Shown here piece after piece: positions 36,761 through 48,267 of a stretch of DNA of 52,858 nt; within the stretch, counting starts at the first letter, position 1, and each line of letters starts with the position of its first letter. The notes below the pieces were generated by a model. The model made no database searches. It was not told where the DNA came from and saw nothing but the letters and a program-made list of their open reading frames with translations. Source of the DNA: Chromera velia (Eukaryota); NCBI GenBank assembly GCA_018398765.1, contig JAHBMJ010000247.1, positions 1-52,858 on the forward strand, given 5' to 3'. A program made the translations under genes and the position numbers.

Positions 36761-37874
36761 CTGCCACCTGCAGCGAATAGGGATGGAAGTCTGACATTTG
36801 TTCTTGCGATTTTAATATGTCCCTTCCTCTACTGTGTCTCGATCTCTGTCTTTTCTGTCGCATCAGTTGAGTCTTTTTTCTTCAGACGGAATGAGGCTGC
36901 GTGCTCGTTTTTATTATTAAGAATCTCTTCGGCCTTTCTTGACTCGAGGATCTCGAAATAGCTAGATCCGTCGGCTGATGCGATTGGTTTGCTTCTGGCA
37001 ATTTCCTTCAATTCAACTCAAGTCGATTAGCTAAGATGGTAGTTGCACTATACATTAATTTAAGTTAGCTTAATTCATTGCTGCTTCAAATGGTGTTCCT
37101 TTTAAAGGACTTTTTTCAATCATTAATGCTGGTGTCAGAATTGTCTCTAAGTCTTAGTAAGTCTGAAATGTGTGTGTTAAAGTATATATATAATAATTTA
37201 TGAATAATTCATTTACGCTATAATCCATTAGTTACCAAACATTTGTAACTAAGTTTTTCTCGGCCATTGGGTACTGAAATCGAAACCGAAACCGCTTGTT
37301 CAGATAAGAGTACACCCAGGCTTTAAGAAGGAAACTCACTCGAGGTTTTTTGAAAACTTTGGGTTGAGTATCAGTCTCCTTTGAGCTCCTCTTCTGAGCG
37401 CGTTCCTGGTTTCTCGTTTTATGTTGAGAGTCTGCCCAGATGACGATGATGACCATGAAACCTGAGGCAAGAGTGGTTCTTGCTGAAGAGATTACGACAC
37501 GTCTTCTGCCTACTGCTGAGCGGCTTTTGAAGTCATGCTTCCCGACAACTGAGGCCGTTCTGACTCAATTTTCCTCTTCCGTTTTCGTTTGTGCCTCTCT
37601 CCTCAAGAAGATGAACTTCGTACCTATAAGTCATGATGAACCTCTGTCTGCCTGTCGGAGGCGACACCGGAGGGCAAAACTATGCAAAACTTTCTTACAG
37701 CCACTGGCAGTTTCCGGAACGAGCGTCAAAGGAGAACGAGTTAGGCGATAGGCACCCCACAGAGATGGAGACGGAGACGGGGTTTTGCATGTCCTTTCCA
37801 TAAATCCATAAATCTATCCAAACAGACCCCCGTCGAGCGCCTTCAGAGATTCACGCCGGCCGCTGCTTCTGTCA

Positions 37875-38465
37875 GTGCCCCAGGGTTATAGTTTTGGATC
37901 CTACGGGAAGCTTGACGTTCGAATCAACATGCCAGGTGGGCAGGGCGAGGCGGTGCAGGTGGGAGGGCCTAGGGGAGGGCCTACACAGGGTAGCTCAGGG
38001 CGGGAGGAAGAGCCTGAGAGCGAGAGGGGGAGGGTGAACGGGTGTGTGGATGGAGGTGCGCGGCCTGACTTGCAGATAGAGAGAGGGGACGGGGAGGGTG
38101 TTGGCGTTTTACGGGAAGCTAACGTCACTCCTGAGGCTATGGTAACCATGGCTTCTTGGCCCTGTCTCCAACTTTTTTCTCCTTCCATCTTTGTAAATGT
38201 TCCCGACGGCCCTATCACCAAGTCTTTTCTGGTGGAGGCCCTCCGTAGGGCGACGACGGGGATGAAAGGAGGCTTCTACTTCTGGGTGGAGGGAGAAAGG
38301 ATAGAAGCAAGGATAAAAGGACTGATGGAACAGATAGATGGGCTGGGGATGGAATTGGAGGGAAGAGGAGGAGGTGGGGCGGGGATTGTGGGGGGATCTC
38401 GTCGTGTTGCTGAGCGGAGACGGCCAGGGGAAGGGACGAGACCGCATAGCAAGAACGTGTCATGA
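37875..38465 (+). CDS. Hypothetical ORF, possibly a decayed gene or TE fragment
   Basis: 196-codon purine-rich ORF with protein-like composition; no recognised motif. Confidence 0.3.
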   Translation: MPQGYSFGSYGKLDVRINMPGGQGEAVQVGGPRGGPTQGSSGREEEPESERGRVNGCVDGGARPDLQIERGDGEGVGVLREANVTPEAMVTMASWPCLQLFSPSIFVNVPDGPITKSFLVEALRRATTGMKGGFYFWVEGERIEARIKGLMEQIDGLGMELEGRGGGGAGIVGGSRRVAERRRPGEGTRPHSKNVS

Positions 38466-38679
38466 CTCTGCCTTCTTGAGTCCCAGTGTAGGGGGGAATG
38501 ACACCCTTGCCCGCCTTCTTCTCAGACTCGTACCATAAGATTGATCTTCTGTATTTTTCTCTTTTTGTTTCTTTCTGTATTTTTTTTTTTGTTTCTCCCT
38601 TTTGGGACCCCTTTTCTCCTTTTCCCGTTTGTGAAAGAAAGGGGGTGAAAGAGAGAGAGGGGCGTTGTTCTATATACGT

Positions 38680-38708
38680 ATACACACATACATACACATA
38701 CACACACA

Positions 38709-38778
<70 letters not shown>

Positions 38779-38923
38779 TACATACATACACATACATACA
38801 TACACACACACAGATATACATACACACACACACATACACGGTGTCACACATACATACACACACATACACACATACACAGACATACACATACACACACATA
38901 CACACATACACATACATATACAC

Positions 38924-38971
<48 letters not shown>

Positions 38972-39007
38972 ACACACACATACAGAGAGAGAGAGAGAGA
39001 GAGAGAG
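38680..39007. repeat. Compound (CA/TA)n-(GA)n microsatellite
   Basis: Seen directly in the sequence. Confidence 0.95.
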
Positions 39008-39693
39008 GAAAAAGAAGGAAAAGAGAGAGGGGAAAAAAGAATAGGGTAGCTTCGGGTAGGATGTAGAGCCTGAGACTCTGAGTGAGAGAAAAAGAGTGGG
39101 CAGTCACCGGAGCGGGGCCTTGTGCGTCCCTGACCTGTCTCAGGCTCATACGGTAGGTCATACCATGGGATCGATCTTCTCTATTTTTCTCTTTTCTTTT
39201 CTATGTATTTCTTTCTTTATTTTTTTTTTTATTTTTCTCTCTTCTGAGACTCTTTTTCTCCTTTTCCCGGCGTTTCTTATCGCTTTTGGGGGGGCGGGGA
39301 GGGGGGAGGGGGGGAGGCGTCAGATAAAGATTCTAAAACATGTATGCCAAGCCATAAGAATTGCTGTGCGGCCAAGTCTGTTTCCTTTTTTCTCTGTTCA
39401 CTTGTTGTCCATCTAAGAGGAGCCAGTGGATTAGGATGGCCGTTGTTGACAGAGACCGAGACGATGGAGCAAATTAGATAGAGATGGACAGACAGACTTT
39501 CGAGTGAGGCGAGGATCAGCCTCCAACCAGGTGGGGCCTGGTGGTACCAGCGGGTGCCAGCACCTCGTGTGCGGAGATGCATGCCCCCACTTAAGATGTA
39601 TAGAAACAGGGAAAGAAATGAGAAGGAAAGAAAGAGAGTCTAAGGGGAGAAGATAAGAGAAAGGGGGGGAAAGAGACAGAAAGACATTGTTCT

Positions 39694-39745
39694 ACACACA
39701 TGTATACACACACATACACACACATACACACACACACACACATAC

Positions 39746-39778
<33 letters not shown>

Positions 39779-39791
39779 TACACATACATAC

Positions 39792-39831
<40 letters not shown>

Positions 39832-39935
39832 ATACACACACATATATACACACATACACACATATACATACATACATATACACACATACACACACATATA
39901 CACAGACACACACACACATACACACACACACACAT

Positions 39936-39980
<45 letters not shown>

Positions 39981-39990
39981 GAGAGAAAGA
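39694..39990. repeat. Compound (CA/TA)n-(GA)n microsatellite, second module
   Basis: Seen directly; flanks resemble those of 38680-39007. Confidence 0.95.
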
Positions 39991-40331
39991 GGGAGAGAAG
40001 GAAAGGAGAGGGCGGGAAAGAGAAAACAAACGCAGTTAGGCGGAGACGGACAGATATACGGACAGGCTAAACTTGAGTCTCAGACGTGCGGAGAGAGAAT
40101 GGGTGACGGATGTAAGTGAGGTAAGGGGACTCCGAGGTCTGTAGATTGAGCTGACTTATTTTTCAGGGGGAAAGGGCTGGTAGAAGGTTTGCTAGAAGGT
40201 TTGTGTACTGTGTTAGTGTTTGCTGTTGGACATCTCTTTCCTTTCTTCTGCGTTGTAGTGTCTTCCTTTGGGTGTCTAAGGGCTTCTTTAGGGCTCCTGG
40301 GCGTCTTCCCCCTCAGCCGCCTGGGGAGGGC

Positions 40332-43320
40332 TGTAAACTGTGTGCGTACTGGGCTAAGTAATAATAAGGCTAGCAGTATGGTGGGCTAGACAGAGATATT
40401 CTCGATCAGCCGTTTATAGAGGGAGTTCCATCTTAGAGTTCTGACAACAACCACTCATGCCAATTATCCAGCTTCTACTGCCTTCCAGGCTCTCTCTTGC
40501 TTGGCTACAGAACGCATGCCTCACTGTAAGTATCGTTTAGTACACAGACGCACGTGTTCATCGATCCCGCGCCCTACTCTGTGTGAGTACTAGCCCATCG
40601 AGCGACTAAGTACCATGACAGCCTTGTGGCGGCGCCATGTACAGGCCCTACATCTGCCTGCTCGCCGAGGCCGACGTCTATACTCGGCTCCCTTGCACTT
40701 TCTTTCTTTTCTTCTCACCATCCATATTCCATCCCTACATCTACCCGCTCGCTAGGTGGGTAGGGTGGGTAAATTCAATTCATTCAATCGCAATTCCTTC
40801 CATCAGATTCCTTTATTCAAAACAAAGTGATCACACGGCAGCAATAAAATGATAATATTAGTGCTGAGCTCTAGGCTTGGATCGCTGAATAAAAAAATCA
40901 TGCTGTCGACCTCCGAAATGGACGTATGTGGCTCAGTACACCCTCTTACACACACTGGCTGGCAAGCCTGAGCACTCAATTTCTAGTCGACTGTTCAGGG
41001 TACACGTTGGCCTCTAGTCTCAAAGGATTACAATACCTCCCATCTCCAGCCTACAACACACTCAGTGTGTTGCACATGTTACCCTCTCTACACCTCTCCA
41101 GTTTATCTTCTCACCTCAGGCCCCCCACTATCCCTCGCTGCGCCAAAGCCAAAATCGCATGTAGCCTGCTTATGGATGTGCACCTCCGTGTTCCTTCACA
41201 CACTTCTGACAGTCGGAAGCAAAAATCTCAGCCCTCTGCGAGCGGTACCATGACAATGATCTGCATGGGTGCCAGAGGATTCAGACACTGCGACGTCGTA
41301 CAGTCAGAACAAGATAAGTACGACCACACACCGACGAATATGGCTGCAAACAGCCGGGTTTTCTCTTTCTTCTTTTGACGCAAAGTCGACGGTTTAACAC
41401 AAAGTTAACACACTGCTCAGGACTCCTAATTACTAAGATATGCTTTCAGAGTTCACAGCATATGGGGCATGGTTCGACGCGCAGTCGATAGTCTTCCTGC
41501 ATATTGCTGGCTCAACGCGAAGTCAATACTCTCACTCTTCTGTTTGCTGTGTCAGCGTCATGCATGCCAATGGAGACAAACGGAGTCAAAAGTCAGTCAC
41601 ATTCGGGTGTACAGTTCCTTTTTCTTTCCTTCATAAAGCAACAAGCCGTTTCTAGTAAATGTCCAGACACTGTGAGCCTCACTCTGAGCGGCAAACAGTG
41701 ATGTCTATTCTGAATCAACCGTATCATCAACAAGTTGAACAGACTTTTTCTTTTCCTTTTATTCTTCCTCCCCACCCAGACAGATAAAAGGAAAGTAAAG
41801 ACAACAGAGACAACACAAGACAAAGACAGCAAGAGAAACAACACACCAACATTCGCCCTTAGGCTACAGACATCCCGGACGAAGTCATCAGCTCCCAGAC
41901 GGCCGTTCCCAGGCACTGAAGACATACAGCCTCTCTTTTCCCTGCCCCACTATCATTCCCTCACGCAGTCACTTCTCTTCATTGTCTCTTCTTTTTTGTG
42001 TTTGTATCTCTTCTCTTTGGTAATCCCTTCTCACTATAACAAACCCTCAGTCTCCCCACCTCCAACTTCTTTTCTCTCCTCTCCTTCTCTTTTCTCTCTT
42101 TCCTTCCCAACTGCCTTGGCCCCCATGACCCATTCCTATCACGAAGACACAATACAGTCAGGATGTACAGACAAGAGATACAGTCAGACATACCAGCCAC
42201 CAGACCCATACCAACTTCAACACACTCTCTCTCACTTCATTATCTCCCTTCTTTCCTCCCCTTAAAACAAATTTCTCAACCTTCAACCAACAACTAAAAG
42301 AAAACAATCTAAGAGTTCACTGACTTGGAGATGTACAGCAGTCATGGTACCCCCATAGCACTACTGAGCGTTTGGAAACGCAACACACCTGGTTGTGAGC
42401 AAAGACAAAGACCACACACCTCCAGTCACTACAACCAAAGCTCTACTCCACAAGATGCTCTTCCTCCTTCCATCCCAAACCTCTCACAGAGTAAATTTAA
42501 ACAGCCAAGAGCATCAGATTCTTCTGCATCACCTGGGCGCATTCCGTATAGATGTAGACACCTCGTGCTTTATTGCAGCACAATTAACAGAGACGGCACT
42601 TAGTCAGTCAGTCAGTTCAGTCAATCAGACTGAATGGTCTCCCTCCTCAAGCTTGTCCTTCTGGACCCTCATCTCCAGCGAGCTAGCAACCTTGAGTTCC
42701 AAAGACTCTCTCAAGACAAAGAGAACAGAAAGAAACACTGCACTCCATTACATCTGGAAGAGAGTCTTAAATCCACCACAAATTTCGATTTGAGAACAAA
42801 CAACACAAAGGAGACGAAATTTCTTTTCTTTCAATGAGTTTTTCTACTGACGAGCTGGTATTGTACTCTTGTTAGTACTGTAATAGACCTTGCGTACAGT
42901 GGTGAGAATTCTCTGTCCAGTCTGACTATTCATCAATACTACAAACTTTACGATCCACACCACATCTGCCTCCCTCTGTTGCCAAACGCTCTGCTAACCA
43001 AACTGTAAGCTGTGTGCGTACTAGGCTAAGTAATAATGAGGCTAGCAGTATAATGGTGGGCTAGACAGAGATATTCTCGATCAGCTGTTCATAGAGGGAG
43101 TTCCATCTTAGAGTTCTGACAACAACCACTCATGCCAATCATCCAGCTTCTACTGCCTTCCAGGCTTTCTCTTACTTGGCAATAGAACGCATGCCTCACT
43201 GTAAGTATCGTTTAGTGCATAAACACACATGCTCATCGATTCTGTACCCTACTCCGTATGAGTATAGCCCGTCGAGCGACTAAGTACAGCCTCGTGGCGG
43301 CACCATGTACAGGCCCTCCA
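40332..43320 (-). mobile_element. Non-autonomous or decayed LTR retroelement (~3 kb)
   Basis: ~320-bp direct repeats at 40332-40652 and 43004-43320 with TG...CA ends. PBS-like TGGTTAGCAGAGCG lies 3 nt after the right LTR on the minus strand, similar to the tRNA-iMet PBS. No recognisable gag or pol inside. Confidence 0.8.
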
Positions 43321-44553
43321 TCAGGAGGGCGGTATCTAGCGGAGTCGGTGAGGCTTTTAAGACATAGCCCAGCAGGTCCCCTCCTAGAAATCTTCTCCCA
43401 CTTCAGACACCTTGGAAAGCGTTGCGTACGGTTGAAAAGAAGAAGGGGGTCTGAAGCTCAGGGTAGTCCTTTTCCATATGAGTTCCTTTAAGTTAATTTT
43501 GTTCGGCTTCCCAGGTGGGACGAGGGGGTAGAGAGGTGGGGCAGGCTAAGGAGCATGTAAGGTGGTACTTCCTGCTTCTTCTTTAGAGGGACGTCCGAAA
43601 GGACAGTGCCCTCATTGCTGCATGATGCCTAGGACCGGACTGATCGATCTTGGGGCGCAGTGTTTTGCTAGCTAGTAATTCTGAAGTTCGGCCGCTTTAG
43701 GTGAGCAATCGCTAGCGTACTCCTAGCTTGTAATATAACATGAATGCTCACAGACTGCCCTTTACCATTGGGATACTATGGCTGGCGGGTTAAGTCATCT
43801 CATCATCATCATCATCAGTTGGTGGTAATCAATTCTTGTAAGTTATCCAGTGTTGTTCAATAGCCAGCCGTAGCCAGCATGCATGTGCGGCGATACGTAT
43901 ACGGAATATGCACATTCGCGCCGTGATGGCTCTTGGCATCGTCAACTGCATACGCCGGACATTGATTGTTTAAAGTAGTTTAAAGTTTACATAGGTAGGG
44001 TATAGTAGGGTGTACTTGTGCGCTTGATACTACTTCGTACTACTAGGTATACCAAACGTGGCCAGCCCCCCCCGCTAGTATGTATGGTTAGTGTTTGTCT
44101 GTTTTGTGGCGTCATATAATGAAGTCTTGAACAAAGAGCCCGCATAAGCATGCAGACTCGCGTTCGTGGGAAAAACAGGCCTAAACGCCATCAAAACTAT
44201 GACAAAACGCTCTAGCGTGCAACTGGAGTGCGCGAAAGTGGTAAATTTTGTTCTATACAGCAAATTTGTCTATATTTGTTTTTTTTTTTTACAAGTCAGT
44301 TCGCGCGCATTGCGCACGGAGTCAAGTGAGTACATGCGTGAGTGCGTGCGCCATCGCAGGAACTCACTTACCCAGCGGCAGCTGCAACCCCCATGACGTG
44401 CGTAGACGGGCGGCACGCGGGCCATGCAACGCGCACGGCACCATCCATGCATGGAACACCTAGCTCACATTTTCTGGGATTTTGCGCCTTCCGGGCCCCC
44501 ATGCATTTAGCTCGGCATTTCTTACATTTTTATTCTAGACGGGATTTTATCGA

Positions 44554-44592
<39 letters not shown>

Positions 44593-44947
44593 CACGTACA
44601 GATCGATCTGTGTCAGACTGTTTTCTTATAATTCCGGGTGTTCATCCACTTCCGTGCAGACATCTTGAATCTGTCCAGCCGCATTTGGCATCATGCAGTC
44701 GCTTTGTCTTCGATGACAGTCTTTCCTCTAAGTTCCAAAGAAAACCGCTCTCTATATACGTCTGTCTGCATGTCTGCTTGGACGAGAAACCTACCGTTAT
44801 TCAAAAGCAGATCGACTGAACGCAAGCATGCGTGAGACCCCGTGAAACAGATCAAACAGATCGACCAAACCTCTCCCAGAGTTTGCACCTGCCTACACAT
44901 AAAGGTGTTCACAGACCGGTAAACACCCTGTCATTTTGTTTGCGAAC

Positions 44948-47518
44948 ATGGAAAACAAAGAAGTGGGTGATCAGCTGTTGGAAACGAAGTCCTTCCAAAC
45001 GGAGAAGAAGAGAGACCAAAGCAGGGACGATGGCCTCTCTGTCCTCGTCAAGCGTTTCGGTTCGTCTTCCAGCATGCTGACAGACCTATTGAAGCAAAGA
45101 GATTCCTTTGGTGTCGCATGGCTGAGCGCTTTCGTGTTTGAGAAGAATAGAACAATGGGAAAGATCGGCCTCGAGGCCCCACACAGTCTAGACCTCTCCG
45201 AAGTAGCCGCGCATGGAATTCCACGTGAGAAGGTCTTCCTACTTCTCGACTTTCTCCCGTCGTCCATCTATGAGATGAAGGTTGATGGTCAGGTCGTGCA
45301 AGGACCTGCCTTCTGTCTGTTCACCCGATTCCTAAAGAGGCTGCAAAGTGGCAGAGAGGGGGGGGGGTTTCGAGCTCACCTGAGGAAGTTCACGTTTGTT
45401 GACCACACCATAGGACCTGTGGAAGCCCCCATCGTCTTTCCTCTCCTCTTGTCCTCCTTGGAGAGTCTGTGCCTGAAGGGCAACACACTAGGCACTGAGG
45501 GCTTCCAAGCCCTTGCGGATGAGATCGCTGCCGGAAGAGCCTCCCGCCTCCTCCTTTTAGATCTTCAGAACACAGGCCTTGATATGCAGAGGATGGAGGT
45601 GCTCTGCCAAGCAATGAAGGGTCTCTCTCCGCATACAGACGCGCAATTTATCGGACAATTTCCTTGCAGGGTTCCGAAAGGAAGTTCTGTCTCCTGAGTT
45701 GTGCGTGTCTGCGCTGTCAAACCTCCGTGTGCTGCGTTTAAGGCACTGCTGTCTGAGCAACTTTTGCGCATCCGAGCTGAACCAGGTACTCTCCAAGGGG
45801 TGTCTACTCAGACTCGAAACACTGGATGTGGGGGGGAACGCTTTCTTGTACACCAAGTTGATCGACTCTCTTCATAAGGGTGTTCTGCCGTCGTTGAAGA
45901 ATTTCTATCTGCCGAAAGCCGGGGGTTACTTTCGGGGGTCTGTGGCCCGGGAGTCGGTTCTTCCGTTTCTTCAAGCCCTTCAGGCCCCCACACGCCCCCT
46001 TCTTGAGCGTGTTAGCCTCCACTTAGCAAACATGAAGGAAGAAGTTTTGAGAGCCTTGGCTGCGGGTCGGTACCCAGCTGTTCGCTGCCTTGAACTTGAC
46101 CTTTTCAACAATCAGATCGAACTTTTTCTCAAAGAGATTCAGCAGGGCGCCTTCGAGGCTCTTAGATTGAATCTGAGTGATTGGAGGCGGATCATGTCGA
46201 TCCCGGTATGGCAGTGCCGGTACAGACAATGCTAAATAGAAGCCTTGCCCTGCTTGGCAGTTGCATTCAAAAAGGGTCTATCGGCTTTCTTCAAAGCGTG
46301 CGGGTGAGTGCCTCACTCGGGGGTTTGAATCCCCAGGCAGGAAGGAGGGCGTTCTTTGCGAGCTTCGGCTTGGCAGAGAAGAAAGTTTCTATGCTCTCGG
46401 AGTTGTCTTTTCCCGACATGAAAGTATCCAATGAAGACCTCGTCTTGTTGGCAGAGGGTGTCAGAGTTGGGAATCTTGGCAGCCTACGTCTTCTTGATTT
46501 GGGAAAGAACTGGAGAATTGGGAAGGAGGGGATGGATGCGGTCATGCAGGCTGTGCTTGAGAACGAAGCAGGTTTGCCTCTTCTCGAGAAGCTCCTTCTT
46601 CCACGCACAAACGCAGGGCGCGGTGCTGCCTCGTTATGCACTGCGCTGAGGTCCGGAAGGTTGCCCAGACTCTCTGAGATTGATCTCGAGGGTACTGGCC
46701 TGAATCTTTCGGCAGTGAAAGCACTCGCAGACACAGTCAGGGGAGGGCATCTGTCTCGTGTTTCCTCTCTCCGCATCTGCGGAAATGTTTTTGTTTTCGC
46801 AGACGCATGGAGTGAGTTCATCGAAGGCATCACAGAGGCAGAGGGCCCCGGTCTGCCCTTCCTGAAGTCTTTGGACTTTTCGGGCACGAAGGCTGGGGGG
46901 GGGTTGGTTGGTCTCGGTGCTGCACTTGTGAGTGGAAGGTTGGATGCAGTCACGGAGGTGAAGTTGAGGAATTCATCGTTGACCGATTCGACTGTCAGAG
47001 GTTTAGCAGATGCACTCAGAGAGGGGCAGCTTCGCTGTCTCACTCTTCTAGACCTGAGTTTCAACGAGAGGGTGGCCGGTGAGACGTGGGCAGAATTTCT
47101 CCGGGCCATGGCAGAGACTCACAACAGTCTTCCCAAAATGAAATCCCTCAATCTGTCAAAAACCAAAGTCGGCGAGGGGGCAGTATCTGTCGGATGTGTT
47201 GCACTTTTCAGGAAGGTACAGAGAAGCTGCATTATCGATTTGCAATGCACTGGGCTGGCAGATGAGTCAGTCATCCGGCTCGGGGAGTCTCTCAGAGGGG
47301 TGTTTGCCAGCAGTGGGACTTTAAAACTGGCAAAGGATGTTGACTTTGGGTGGAATGCAAATCACCTCGTGAAGGGGGGGGCTCAGATAGTGGAGGGGCC
47401 CCCTGGGGTGACAGACATCTTCATAGCATCGCCAAATAACACTGATGACCGAGCTTTGGTCAATGTAGAGGAAGCTGTTGACGAGTTGTGGGCAGGGCTG
47501 CTTGGTTCTACTTGGTGA
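44948..47518 (+). pseudogene. Intronless RI-like leucine-rich-repeat protein with two frameshifts (~45625, ~46183)
   Basis: Repeated LxxLxLxxN/T units across ORFs 44936-45697, 45699-46235 and 46181-47518: LESLCLKGN, LLLLDLQNT, LRVLRLRHC, LETLDVGGN, LRLLDLGKN, LTLLDLSFN. Confidence 0.85.
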
Positions 47519-48267
47519 CTAATCTTTATCACCCACATGTCTGTGTCTAGCTAGGCGGCTAAAGAAAAAAAAAAAGATCCCTGGAATTTAACCCTTTATT
47601 TCTTTTTTTTTTTGTTCCTGCAATCCTAGAGTCAACTACTAGCTAAGTCAAACAACTATTCAATGTTTAAGTGCTGTTAAGTATTGTTGCGCTTAAAAAA
47701 GTAAAAAAAATCTTCGAATCACTTAATTTTTTTAAAGACAATTGCCAGTGTGCACGGTTGATCTAAACTGAAAATTTTGTTATTCAATGACTAATTATAA
47801 AAAAAAAGAAAATCTTAATTAAAATTTTTCTTTTTCTAAAAAATGAGAGATAAAAAAATATAAATTTCTGCTCACACTGATACTAAAATAATTATTTAAG
47901 ACGTTTTAAATTTTACCGGTATATCCAAATATTACTAAGAGAAATACCTATAGTACTAGAACTTAGAGCCTGGCATTTATTCATTACATTCATGATTCAT
48001 TTATGATTCAATCATTCATCCATTCATTTTTTTAATTTAAACTACTAGTTAAACTATCTATACTTTAAGTTGATCGATGATGTTGACTTTTGTTCTAAAC
48101 CTTTGACCTGCATGCAACTTTTTATAAAGAAAAGCGACAGTGAAACAGTAATTTTGAAGTTCTAAGTCTGTATGACATTGATTGAGCCGCTACATAAAGT
48201 TTGAACAGATGTTTCAATCTACAATTAACTTTCTAAATCAGCGTCAATCAATAAAAGAACATTTTGT

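Noticed and set aside
38215..40119. His/Thr-rich and Cys/Val-rich ORFs
   Set aside because: These are translations of (CA)n/(TG)n microsatellites.
46291..47109. 272-aa antisense ORF
   Set aside because: Shadow of the LRR coding strand, with no independent motif.
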